Below, piece by piece: positions 26,701 through 39,833 of a DNA stretch of 64,000 nucleotides. The stretch lies in NCBI GenBank assembly GCA_043228905.1, contig JBHGNT010000002.1, forward strand, positions 1,984,001-2,048,000. The letters run 5' to 3'. The stretch is from Azolla caroliniana (lineage: Eukaryota > Plantae > Polypodiophyta). The notes under the pieces were generated by a model that made no database searches, had not been told where the DNA came from, and saw only the letters and a program-made list of their open reading frames with translations. Made by a program: the position numbers and the translations under genes. The first letter of the stretch is position 1; every line of letters begins with the position of its first letter.

Positions 26701-29059
26701 AACTAGAGCATGATAATTGGTTGTGTTACATCTCCTTCTAGGGCGACATTTGTTGCACACAAACAATCAAAGTTAAAATGTTGTAGAATAAGACGTTCTC
26801 CAAACACAATACAAAGTCTTTGCTCTCTCTCATTGCACGCGATTCAACATAACTAATTATTTATTCATTGATTGCCAAAACATATTTAACCTATCATGTG
26901 CATCAAGATTTGCTATTGCACCCTTTCTCGTTTTTAGGTGATGCAAACATTGTTTGGGGCATTGGTGTGGTATTCTAGACCCGGTATGAGTCAAACATAT
27001 TCGTGGGATAGGAGGACCCAGAAAGGGCGGGCGTCCGAGTCGAGGATATTAGGGAATGAATCTACCTGTGTGTCCACGACATACAACCCCAACTAAAGCG
27101 AAAAGCATATGGCGGGAAAAAAGGGGGCGGACCCCCACCCCGAAGTGAAGAGATTCAATGAGACCACTCAAGTACATAGACAACGTGCCATTTCATGAAT
27201 GACTAGGAAAAGCAGAGAAAGGTATAAGAAGAGGAAACTAATCAGTCTATTCATAGCACAAGGTGCTTTGAGATTTATCCCATTTCTATGTTCTTTAGTC
27301 CAAAAAAGACACGAATTGTAGATGTTGTTGAAAGTTCAAATTTATCCTTATAATGTAGTCATGTATGCCCCATGTATGTCAATCAAGTTATTTTTGTAAA
27401 AATCTAAACATATTGCATAAAGAGCACTTGAACACTTCTTTTAGTTGATTATTTCATGAATATAGAGAGTGCACACCGAGGACCCTATTGATTATTTCTT
27501 AACATCTTCTAAGAACATTATGTGGAGGATTTTGTTATGAGGAGTCAATAAGAACATGGGAGATCAAATTAAGCTAGAAGGACCACTCCACTTTATACTA
27601 AACTAGCAATCTTGACAATATATTAAACACAACTTACCCTTTCATATACACAACAATGAATATAAGTTATCGAATGGATGTCACCTCATTCCATGCTTTG
27701 AACATTGAACATTGACCATCTCCCATCATACACGTGAATCGTAAAGCGACAGTACTCGTCTGCATATAAAAATGCACATATGACCATGAATATGACATTT
27801 ATAAAGATCAAAAGGCAACAAAACAAAAGTTGTTTAGCATATTTCTTCTTTGAGAGTTATGAATATAACAAAACAATATGGGCAAAAACAATCTCCTCCA
27901 AGGTCATCGAGGATTCAAACTATCTTCATTTTCATGTTCTAATAATAAATGATGGATACCAAACACTATGATAGGAATCAAAACCACATATTATTGCAGA
28001 TACAAGAATTTGAATATCTTTTGAAAATCATTTTGACAGATGAAAACAATTTATGCTCTACGTCATTCAAATGTCTCAAAATGAGGACATCTCTCCAAAC
28101 TCAATTATGATGGTGTTATAGTCATGGTTTGGGATGACAAATCTATGTACAACCTCATCATTCAAATATCTCAAAATGACGATATCTCTCCAATATCATT
28201 TACGACAATGCTATAACCATTATATGGGAGGGCAAATCCATATAGACCCTTAGCCTAACCAATATGTGAACATTGAATGTGCATGGATATTTTATTCCAA
28301 CCATTAGATGAATTGACACTCAGCAGTACACAAACAATCACGCGAACCTCATTCATGAAAGTCCTCCCTAAACTCATTTATGGTTAATTCATGCCTTGGT
28401 TGTAAGAAATAAAGTGTCACTCCCTAGCTAGGGGTGACAATGTATACAACTTTCGAGGATGCCTAAGTTTGAAGCCTCGAGTCGAGGAATAAGAAAGCCA
28501 TAAAAATAAATATTGGATCATCTTTGTGATATTAAACAACCAAAAACCTCGAGCAAAGAAGCATGAAGTGGGTTATTAAGCATCCTTAGACATGTATGAA
28601 ACCAATATTGATATAAAAGTACCCAAAATACCATCCAATGTTGTTGAGTGGTTGTGTGTTGGAGTCCTCCTCGTTGTTGTCCAATGTCCATAAGGACTAT
28701 GGTGAATTGATTGCCCTCATAAGGTAGACCAATCAAATGTGAAAACAATTAATACCAAGGAGATCCAACAAAGGAGCATAAACGACGGATAAAGCATGAA
28801 TTAATGATACAAGATTTAACATGTAGGGCTTGTGAACCAATGTGACACCCATGCTTTGTGGTCTTGGAGAACAATCAAGATCAAAGTGTTAATTAGGGAT
28901 AGATGCAATTCAATGATTAATGGTTTTATAATGGTGCTCATGGTGACCAAATTGTGAAACTTAGACCATATGTTATCATGACACAATCTTTTTCCCATCA
29001 CTAGGGTGCTCACTATTCTCTTCCTTGAATATTGTCTTGCAATGATGAAGCTCTCTTCT

Positions 29060-29485
29060 TGTTATCGGTTAGGAACACGGTCCACACCCAGTCCTTCGGG
29101 GTGGATTTCAAGGTGATCGTGGTGCAAGGGGAATAGGGATGCGTACTGCGTGATTAGTAAGGCGTAAGGGAGACGACTACAACCGAACCTCCGATGGCGC
29201 GTAGTTACACAACGCGTACTTACCTTATGCTTACTGCTATGTAATCTTGTACAGAGAATGAGGAATGAGAACAAGAGACCAGTAGACAGAATACCAAGAT
29301 TAGAGAAGATAGAACTATATTAAAACGACACTCCCAAAATACGCTAGCTCTTTACAGTGGTCTTTCGCCCCTTATATACACAGGGCTTCTAATCGGGTAC
29401 GCTCCTTGTGTAAACTATTACATGCGTTATTTTAACGCTTCTAATATAATACTCTATTTTCCATGCGTTATGTCTGGTGGTTACA
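29060..29485. mobile_element. Probable solo LTR
   Basis: TGTTATC...GGTTACA termini, composition distinct from the flanks, non-coding. The TSD match is only partial (CTTCT/ATTCC). Confidence 0.4.
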
Positions 29486-29930
29486 ATTCCGATGGACAAC
29501 ACTTCGTTTCAAGTGATGCTATGCATTACATAATGATTGAGGAAAGGTTGGTGGAATCGTTAAGGATGAAGTGGGAAGATGTTAAGAGGACAAAGCTAGA
29601 ATACTACATTGCAAATGTCAATCATGAATGTTGGTCTCAATATAAAGCAAGAATGCCTATTGATCGTATCCAACCTTATCTGATTACCAATATGAGTAGT
29701 AATGCTCGTAGTGCCCTTACACTACTTCGCACTCGATCTCACAAGTTAGGTATCGAAGTTGCATCATGGTATCAAAATGTAATGAATTTGAAGACATGTA
29801 AAGTATGCAATGAAGGCATGGTAGAGGATGAATGTCACTTGCTCTTCATATGCGCGACATATAGTGCAATTTGTTCAAGATATGCTAACATACTAAGAGG
29901 TAGTGATAACTTCTTGTGTCATACTTAACT
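29486..29930 (+). pseudogene. 3' remnant of a non-LTR retrotransposon (LINE) ORF2 with C-terminal Cys/His motif
   Basis: LLRTRSHKLGIEVASW...KTCKVCNEGMVEDECHLLFICATY matches the RxxSHxLxIE...CxxC...EDExHxLFxC motif typical of LINE C-termini. Confidence 0.7.
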
Positions 29931-30194
29931 CACCACCTAGAAGGTTAAGCTTTATTCACGCATAGAGACTTCGTGGTTCAATGTATGGATACCCCTTCTT
30001 AGGAAGGAGACACATATCATGAACGCATGTATACTCTGGTCCCATAGGTCAAAATTGGCCTCTTTATGGACGATAAAAATTTCTAATCCTAGCCTATGTG
30101 TACATGAATCATTTGAGGTGTGCGATGCAACATAATAATTCAATATGTCAAACAATGCTTGCTAAGTTGCAATGAGGTTGTAGTTATGTTTCTT

Positions 30195-30266
30195 CCTCCT
30201 ATAGCTTAGTGGTAGAGCATTCGACTGCAGTATGATAGGTCATCGGTTCAATCTCAGTTGTGCCAT
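30195..30266 (+). pseudogene. tRNA-Cys(GCA)-derived pseudogene or SINE head; a second, more decayed copy lies at ~30452-30515
   Basis: A-box TAGCTTAGTGGTAGAGC, anticodon loop CTGCAG (GCA at 30227-30229) and B-box GGTTCAATC. The acceptor stem does not pair. Confidence 0.7.
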
Positions 30267-32277
30267 TGTCCGAGAAGATGACGTTTCTCCTAAATAGACT
30301 CTAGTCTATTTTTACATGAATCGATTGAGGTCTCTTTGTACATGAATTGATTGAGATGTGTGATGTGACATAATAATTCGATATGTGAAACATTGTTTAC
30401 TAACTTGCTTTGAGGTCCCTAGGAGCTCCTATTGGACCTTTTTTATGTGTAGGTGTATAGCTCAATGGTCGAGCAACGAACTATAGTCTTCCACTGGTTC
30501 AACCTAGATTGCACTTTGATCCAAGAAGATGAGGTTTCCCCCCAAAAAGAGTCTAGCCTCTTTGTACATGAATCGATTCGGTGTACGTTGAGGTCCCTAT
30601 GTCGAATACAAATCTGTAATGGATGTATTCACATTGTCCCATTGGACACACTAGGCTTAGGTTATTTTCGTAAATAGTGGAAAGGCAGTTGCCCGAAGTC
30701 ACTAATTATTTAAACTGACTTTTGTAACCTAGTGTTAAGGTTGTTCATTATGTACATTGTGCCATTGTAACCCCTTTAAGAATAATACAATTACATCTTG
30801 CTTGTGATTACCTTGTTGTTTCTCTTTTCCTTGATCTTGTCTTAAGTTTCAGTTGTCTTGTGCTCTTAATATGTTCTTTCGCATAATCTGAAGATCTTCA
30901 ACTGAAGAGTGCATAATTGTTCCGCACTTGACGGCCGCTTCCAACATCTGATATCAGAGCCTGCGTTTTTTATTTTGGTGTCGCCGTCTACTTTGTCTTC
31001 ATTAGAAAATTTTCTTTTGTCCCTTTTGAAGATCGTTTATGGTATAATAGATTCCAAGTTTTTAGTTCTACTGAAATCCCTCGTTTGGAAAATCCTTACA
31101 ATATCATTTTCAATGAAGAGAAACATGTGAAAAGTCTGAATCACTGTTAAAGTAAGCCAACTGGCTGTACTTTGTTTTTTGTGATTGTAGCCGCTCGGAG
31201 TGAGACTTCTTCATTGGACAAGCCATACTTGTGCTTCATTCGGTTAGGCAACAATCGAATAGGTCATCCGATGTTGTTCACTCGCTCGCTATAACTATTT
31301 CGAGCAAAGTCTGCCCTAGGAACAACCCCCTTTCGTGCTTCATTCGACTAGACAACATATGACTAGGCAACAGTCGGATCTGTCCCTCTCGTTGTTGTAG
31401 TCGGCTTGGAAAATGACATAAAGGCACATAATTTGTGATCGGCCCATGAAATCGGCAATCGAATTTAGATCGGAAGTTAATTGTGCTCATCTCGTCCAGG
31501 CAACAATCAGGAAGACCAGTCCGGTCGGCTTTGTACCTCCAATTGTCGTAGCCACTTCGAGCAAGTTTAATACTCAACATTCATCCGAAATCCAATCAGC
31601 TAACCAATAGGCGCATTCATGTTCAATTCGGTTAAGTCACTCCCTTGTAGCCACTTCGGACAGAATCCGCCAATAGTCGAAGTCGAAGTCGATTCGTGCC
31701 CAAATCCGACTAGAACGATATTGGGCGAGCTAGTCAGCTGGACCCCACCACTGTTTGTAGTTGACTCCAGACAGAGTCTAGTAAACCGACTTAGATGAAA
31801 GATTCAACATCCGGCTCATCAGAGATGAGTCTAAGGAAGTTTGATGGATCAAACTTCAACTTCTGGAAGGAGCAGATGCAGGACTATCTAATAGTCAAGG
31901 GTCAGATTGACCCAATCGAGACAGAAAACGCTCTAGAAGAATTCAAGCCAAATGAGTGGATGAAACTTGATAGAATTGTCCGAACCACCATTTGGATGCA
32001 CTTGTCAGAGTCAGTGTACTTCACAGTGCAATCGTGTTTGACTGCCTTCCAACTATGGAAGACACTCTCGAACACTTATGAAAAGAAGGTTGCCGCCATA
32101 AAGATATACTTGATTCGGTGCCTTTACAACCTTTGGATAAAAAAATCTGACTCGGTCCATGCACCCCTCAACGAATATGAAAGCCTAAATTCCCAAATCT
32201 CGGCTCAAGGGACGACTATTGGAGACAAATGTCAAAGCAATGCTACTCATGAGTAGTCTCCCCCCTTCATGGGAAAC

Positions 32278-34412
32278 TGTTAAGAGTCTATTACTAATCA
32301 ATAGACCAAAGTAAAGTAAAAGAAGGAAAATAGATTGGATAGAAGAACCCGTTCCACCCGACCACCCCCGAGCTATGATCTAGACATAACCAACCTACCA
32401 CCGACGTCCCATACTGCCGGATATTAGGATGACTAATACCTTGGAAGAGATAAACACGATCGTCGAGATGAAAGCCTAGTCTGCACCACCGGTGTCTAAG
32501 ACAACAACCTTCCAACGTAATCTCCTTATGAGGGTAGCTAAGCCTCATATTTATACCTTTTCCTAGGCCCCTTGAATAGATGTGCCTTTCTAAAAGGCTC
32601 TCCATTCATTGGTTGTCCAAATCATGATAGTGCATGCACCTATCATTCCTTCTATCCAATCATTAGTCCCCTTTTTAACATTATTGAACATACCCTTCAC
32701 TAATGTAAATATTAGTGACCTACCCTCACCAACGTTATGTGTACATAACATACTCCCCTACTTCAAAATATTGCACTCTTGCAATATAAAGTGAGGAAAT
32801 TGTGCCTTAAGAGTATGCTCACGTTCCCATGTGGCATCATCAATAGGTTTATCCATCCATTTGATCTTGAATAACCGAATCTCTTTAGAACGTAAACGTT
32901 TAGTACGAGAATCAAGAATTTGTTCAGGAACATGAGGTTTGTAAGAAAAATCCTCTAACATTACAAGATCTTGGATTGTGATGGTGTTATCACCAGAGCC
33001 TAAAAATGGTTTTAGACGACCAACGTGAAAAATAGGATGAATACGAACATTACGGGGTAAGGCAAGGTGATAAGCAGATGACCCAACCTACTTAAGGATT
33101 TCAAATGGGCCACAATATTGTGGGGCTAACTTAGCGCACTTGCCCATAAATACTTTATACACAAAAAGGAAGGGGAAAAGGAGAGTTAATTGTGTGCGAG
33201 TAAACAATAATTACGAGATAATCATATAAGTGAAATGACAATTTGTGGAATTAGAAATTAATTAGAATAATAAGTAATTAGGTGTATGGAACATTAAGCA
33301 TGCCTTAAGGTTTGAAACCCTAGAGTAGTCAACATGCACCTCCTCAAGACCACCACATCTCCCTAGTATCAACCAAGTGATGGCTCAATAGAGAGTAGAG
33401 TGGCATAGGTAGACGACATACACCTTGTCATAGCCATAACATCCCATAGACTCGGCCAAGTGATGGCTCAATAGAGGGAAGAGTAGCATACTCAACATCA
33501 TATGCAAAAGGGCCATGAGGTGAGCGTGTGCGATTAGGGCAAACACGCTCGACCCAATGCACAACAATAATTAATATTGTAAGAGAAGGCTCAAGAGAGG
33601 GGAGCATAGGAGATGCATCGCAATATACAAAAGGGCCATGAGTTGAGCGTGTGCGATTAGTGCAAACACGCTCGGCCCGATGCACAATAATAATTAAAAT
33701 CGTATCGTGGTAGAAAGAAGAACGAAAAGAAAAGAAAACGTAATACAAATTTGATCCGACCAACAAGAACGCATCATAGAAAGAAGAGAGATCGAGAAAG
33801 AAGAATATCGGGTTTAGAGTGTTGTTTTGATCCTGAGAAGAGCATCACGAGCCTTGTTAGATCCCCATTGCTCACACGCAAAAAATATCAAAACAACAAA
33901 AAAAAATGTTAGTAAAAGCTCTGATACCACTGTTAAGAGTCTATTACTAATCAATAGACCAAAGGAAAGTAAAAGAAGGAAAATAGATATGATAGAAGAA
34001 CCCGTTCCACCCGACCACCCCCGAGCTATGATCTAGACGTAGCCAACCTACCACCGACGTCCTATACCGCCGGATATTAGGATGACTAATACCTTGGAAG
34101 AGATAAACCCGATCGTCGAGACGAAAGCCTAGCCCGTACCACCGGTGTCTAAGACAACAACCTTCTGACATAATCTCCTTATGAGGGTAGCTAAGCCTCA
34201 TGTTTATACCTTTTCCTAGGCCCCTTGAATAGATGTGCCTTTCAAAAAGGTTCTCCATTCATTGGTTGTCCAAATCACGATAGTGCATGCACCCATCATT
34301 CCCATCATTCCTTCTATCCAATCATTAGTCCCCTTTTTAACATTAGTGAACAAACCCTTCACTAATGTAAATATTAGTGACCTACCCTCACCAACATTAT
34401 GTGTACATAACA
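32278..34412 (-). mobile_element. Non-autonomous chromovirus-derived LTR element (2135 bp). LTRs 33931-34412 and 32278-32750, PBS(Met) 33918-33929, PPT ~32751-32761, TSD GAAAC
   Basis: Two similar TGTTAAG...CATAACA LTRs, with GAAAC at 32273-32277 and 34413-34417. The interior encodes only the integrase C-terminus and chromodomain (GPFEILK...HPIFHVGRLKPF...KIKW...DDATWERE). Confidence 0.92.
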
Positions 34413-35510
34413 GAAACCTTCAACACAATTGTGTTGAATGCATCGGCTCCCACTGTGAAGTACTCCGAAGTCACGAGCTCAATCTTGACTGACGCTGCTC
34501 GGAGAAAATCGTTTGCAAACGATTCGACTCTCAATGAATATGAAAGCCTAAATTCCCAAATCTTGACTCAAGGGACGACTATTGAAGAAAAATTGAAAGC
34601 AATGTTGCTCATGAGTAGTCTCCCCCCTTCATGAGAAACCTTCAACACAATTATGTGCAATGCATCGACTGCCGTCATGAAGTACTCCGAAGTCATGAGC
34701 TCAATCCTGACGGAAGCTGCTCGGAGAAAATCGTTTGCAAACGATTCGGCTAGTGATGCTTATGTAGTACAAAGTTCGGGTGTTTGACCGAACAACAGAG
34801 GAAGAAGTTCTTCTCGACTGCTGACAAATCAGCGAAGCCAAAGCAAGTCCCGAGACAATCAAACTTGCAATTATTGCAAGAAACCAGGACATATCAAAGT
34901 CAACTACCGTGCCCTTAAAGCTAGAAACGGAAAGGCTTAGAGAGTTGATCACAAGGGTGGCCGACAAGGGGAGGTCAACTACATCGCCTTAGCCGAAGTA
35001 TTGTCAAACGACCCCAATATACTATCAATTGAAAACTCAGTCGAATAAGAAGTTATGCTTATGACTGAAGAATCGAGCACATGACTCTTGGATTTGGGTG
35101 TGTCCTATCATGTGTCCCCTATAGATCCCAATTTCGGCAATATTCGGCCCGGAATTCCGACTCGGTCCAAGTTGGAAACTCGTAGCACTATGCCATAATC
35201 GGAATCAGCATAGTAGAGCTTAACCTTCCAGGTGGCTCTACATTAGTACTACATAATGTCTGACACGTACCTGAGCTCTCAAGTTCGCTGATCTCGGTCA
35301 AACAACTTGATGAAGACGACATCCGTGTTGTCTTCTCATTAGGAGGGTGATCACTCCATAGGGGGAACCTCCTGCTTGCTTGAGGTCCGAAAGTACATTC
35401 CTTGTACCCGCTCTATGTCACACTCAAAGAGGGTGACTTGTTTCTGGTGTCGTGACTTGTGGGTAGAAGATAGAGTGAGAGCGAAAGAGAGAGGGTGTGT
35501 GTGTGTGTGC

Positions 35511-35544
<34 letters not shown>

Positions 35545-35926
35545 GAGAGAGTGAGAGAGATATAACTTGAAATAGAAATGAGATTATATTATGATGAAAC
35601 AAGATTACAATGAGTAGGCTAAGGGCTAAAGACTGGTGTTGAACCGAATGAGTTGAAACGAATGTATAGATAGTTATTTATAGGTCTTTATGGAGTAATC
35701 TAGAATGTTCTAGAATATTTTAGATTTTATGATAAGAAATGTAATCATGAAATATTAAAGGATGTTCTAGAATAATCTAGAATGTTCTAGAATATTCTAA
35801 TATCTTGTAATAACTAGAAACATAATTATTATAATCACACAACATATATGTTATTACAATGGTTAAGGGTTCAACACATAGACCAAGAAGTCGTGGGTTC
35901 GATTCTTGATAACCAAAATGTTGTCT

Positions 35927-38900
35927 TCATGACATTACCCCCCCCTTTCGATGATGAGTTCCACGAGTCGGAAGACAAGAGTTCGGACTTGGTTTATGGG
36001 GATATTTGTCGTGAAATGCAAGAACCATGTCGGAGGCATTAGCAAGATGCTCGGCAGGCTCCCATGTTCGATCATTAGGTGTATAACCTAACCAATCAAC
36101 CAAATAATATAGTTTGTTGCAGATGATCTTGGAGTCGAGAATAGCAGCAACCTCATATTCAGAGCCATTGGAAACTTCGATTGGTGGTGGGGGAGGTGTA
36201 AGACGACCCGGAATAGAGCTTGTTGTGTAGGGCTCCAAAAGTGAAACATGGAAGACCGGGTGAAGACACATATGAGGAGGGAGATCAAGACGAAATGTCA
36301 CATCATTGATCTTACTAGAGATCACATATGGACCGAAACATTGATAATCCAATTTGTAGCAAGGTCGAGTGGTTTTAATGCTACCTTGTAAGAGCCATAC
36401 ATGATCTCCTACATGAAACGTAGTCGATGAATCACGCTGATGACGATCAACAATCTTCTTTTGAGTGTTTTGGGCATCACATAAATGATGCAAAAGTATA
36501 TCTTGAATTTCTTGGAGTCGAGTGAGCCGATCTTCAGCAACCGGGTTTTTCGGGAGTTCCGGATGTTCAAGTATCGTCCAATGAGGATGGTACCCAATGT
36601 TAGCAAAAAATGGGGAATAGCCAGTTGAAGAATGTTCGGAGTTGTTGTAAGCAAATTCCGCCAAATGTAATAAATCCACCCAATCATCTTGTTGATAGTT
36701 GACAAAACAACGTAGATATTGTTCGACTGTTTGGTTGGTGCGCTCACTCTGCCCATTAGTCTCTGGATGGTAGCCGAAAGAGAGTTTACAAGAAGTATGT
36801 AAGAGTTTGAACATGTGCCGCCAAAATTTCGAGATGAATTGGGGACCCCGATCACTGATAATATCATCCGGAAGACCATGATGGCGAAACACCTCCCGCA
36901 TGAGTAAATCGGTTGTCTCTTGACTAGTAATGGTCTTCGTGCATGGAAGGAAATGTGCCATCTTCGTAAAATGATCGACTATCGTGAGAATAGAATCAAA
37001 TCCCTTGGAAGGTGGAAGATCCGTAATAAAGTCCAAGGAAATAGATTTCCATGGGCTCTCCGGAATAGGCATTGGCTGTAATAGGCCATGTGGATGATGT
37101 CGAGGCTTTTTTGATTGGCAACATGTATCACAACTACGAACATAATCCATAACAAAATGGTGAAGCCGTGGCCACCAATATCGGCGAGAAATCAACTCAA
37201 AAGTCTTGTGGATGCCAAAATGTCCAGCCATTGGTGTGTCATGACATTGTTGCACGACTTTGAGTCGAGAAGGACCGTCAGGCACATACAAGAGAGTTTG
37301 TCGAAAAAGCAAACCATCATGGCCTAAAAGGATTTGCTTTTGACTTTCAAATGTGGCCTCTCCTAGTTGAAGTTCCATATACGAACGTCGAGATAAAGCA
37401 TCTGCTTTTCCTTGTTGCATCCCAAGGCGATATAGAATTACAAAATCAAAACGAGTTAAGAATTGCGCCCAACGAGCTTGTCGACGATTCAAGACTCGAG
37501 CACTTTGGAAATATGTTAGATTTTTGTGATCATTGAAAACAATAATCTGTTGAGAAGAACCCTCCAAAAAATGACGCCATTGTTGAAAAGAATCCACAAT
37601 GGCAAGAAGCTCTTTGTCATGAATCTCATAGTTGATTTCTGCGGCTTCAAATTTCCGTGAGTGAAAAGCCACAGGGTGCAGTTCGCCGTCTTCACCAATC
37701 TGGGATAGTACGCTTCTGAGTGCGAAATCAGATGCATCAGCTTCAAGTATAAAGCGCCTCATTGGATCGACATGCATTAAAATTTGTGCAGATGTAAACA
37801 CTTGCTTTAAACCCTCAAATGCAGAGTTCGCATCTATACCGCATACAAATGGTTGATTCTTGCGCATTAGTTGAGTGAGGGGCAATACAATATTTGAATA
37901 ATCTTTGATGAAGTTGCGATAAAAGTTTGCGAACCCCCAAAAACATTGTACATCTCGCACAGACTGTGGTGTTTGCCAATCCAAAATTGTTTGGACTTTT
38001 GATGGATCCATAGAGATGCCATTTGAAGAGACTATGTACCCCAAAAATTCCACTTGACACTGGTCGAAACTACAATCTTCTCCAATTTTGCATAGAGACC
38101 ATACTCTTGTAACCGCTGCAAAACTTGGCGAACATGTATCTCATGCTCCTCTTGAGTTTTTGAGTAGATCAAAATATCATCCAAGTAAACTATGATGAAG
38201 ATATCGAGGAAGTCTCGAAAAATGTCATTCGCCATATGTTGGAAAACTGATGGTGCATTCGTGAGACCAAATGGCATCACTATATATTCAAAATGACCAT
38301 AGCGAGTGCGGAATGCAGTCTTCCATTCATCCCCAGGACGAATTCGAACAAGGTTGTAGGCACCTCGAAGATCTAACTTCGTGAAATACTTTGCTCCATT
38401 GAGGCGTTCTAGAAGGCTTGAGATCAATGGTAGAGCATATCGGTTTCTAATAGTCACTTTATTCAAGCCCCGATAATCCACGACCATACGAAGTGTACCA
38501 TCTTTCTTCTTAACGAAAAAGATGGGTGCAGCAGCAGGAGATCTTGAATGTTGGATAAAACCATTTGCCAGGTTCTCATCTATATATTCTCGAAGAACCT
38601 CTAACTCCGTGGGCGAAAGGTTATAAATTGGTCCCCATGGAGGCTCTTTTCCTGGCTGCAAATCAATTGGGCAATCATAGGGTCGATGCTCTGGTAATCT
38701 ATTAGCCTTCACCTTATCGAACACATCGGAGAATTCTATGTACTTCTTTGGTAATTGGACCCCCAATTCTTGTGAGCTAGATGAGGGAGTTGCTAAAACC
38801 GCAAACACCATCATGTCTTCCTTGCTTCCATCCTCTCGTAATTGATGTATAGAGATTGTTGAAATCATGTGGGATCCTAGATCCTTTGTTGGAGTTGTTG

Positions 38901-39102
38901 TACTATGACCTCTTCAATAGTTCTTTTTCTCCAATCAATAGTTGGGTTATGTAACTCAAACCAAGGAAGACCAAGAACTAGAGAGTGCTCTGGACTACTA
39001 ATGATGTTGAATGAGATGATACTAGCCAAATTACCTAGGACTACACGAATTGATTCATACTCTTCGACTATATCACCTGATGCTCTAGGGTGACCATCAA
39101 TA
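35927..39102 (-). pseudogene. Chromovirus B pol: protease remnant, RT, RNase H, integrase and chromodomain, with a frameshift near 38050
   Basis: RT motifs [23 protein letters not shown]; RNase H EADASD, NYEIHDKELLAI; integrase HHCC and SDRG; chromodomain YEVAAILDS...YLVDWLGY...TWEP. Confidence 0.92.
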
Positions 39103-39157
39103 TGTTGGGATTACGGTCCCTCCGGATGGGATGGTCGGATGTCCGGGAATCGGGAAT

Positions 39158-39325
39158 GAAGACCCCGGCTACGGAGCCGGATGATGAAGACCCCGGTTAC
39201 GGAGCCGGATGATGAAGACCCCGGCTACGGAGCCGGATGATGAAGACCCCGGCTAAGGAGCCGGATGATGAAGACCCTGGTTACGGAGCCGGATGATGAA
39301 GACCCCGGCTACGGAGCCGGATGAC
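39158..39325 (+). repeat. 28-bp tandem array in the U3 of the Copia C 5' LTR, 6 units
   Basis: GAAGACCCCGGCTACGGAGCCGGATGAT units start at 39158, 39186, 39214, 39242, 39270 and 39298. Confidence 0.95.
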
Positions 39326-39506
39326 GAATGTACCCGGAGAGAGATCCGGATGCGGGGACATATTTGTGAATATGTTTGCCAAGGGCCCTTGAGGCTATAT
39401 TTGTAAATAGCCCGAAAGTCATATGTGTATAGATATGACTTAGGGCAAACAATTTTATGTTGTTGCTCCTTTTTATGTTTTCACTTAGAGGGAGTGAAGA
39501 GAGCAG

Positions 39507-39541
<35 letters not shown>

Positions 39542-39833
39542 AGAGGTCGCTGCCTCTGTGTATTACCGCCGCCTGTGGCGATGATAGTGAGCTCAAGGTT
39601 GTTGCCTTGTAGCTTCACCATTGTACATCTCTGTTTGTAGTGCTAGTTGGAGTTTGAGGACTCCTGTGGTTTTTCCCATTTAGGGTTTTCCACGTAAAAC
39701 ATCCAGTGTACCCTTCTCTCTATTGTCTTCGTGCATTTTGTATTTCCTGTTTTCTGTGAGTTAATCCTATTCAACGGTTGTGGCCGAGCACTGTGTTCAA
39801 CAAAGTGGTATCAGAGCGACGGTAACACAGAAA

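Noticed and set aside
26975-27200. Short GC-rich patch, possibly organellar DNA
   Set aside because: No organellar gene recognised; a BLAST against plastid and mitochondrial genomes would be needed.
30195-30266. Functional tRNA-Cys gene
   Set aside because: The acceptor and anticodon stems are disrupted and no immediate T-tract terminator follows, so it is reported as a pseudogene.
32294-34258. Twin 103-aa ORFs as a duplicated gene
   Set aside because: Both are chance frames within the paired LTRs.
39780-39833. ORF-track start of the 1375-aa polyprotein at 39780
   Set aside because: It lies in the LTR/PBS; the first ATG after the PBS is at 39834.
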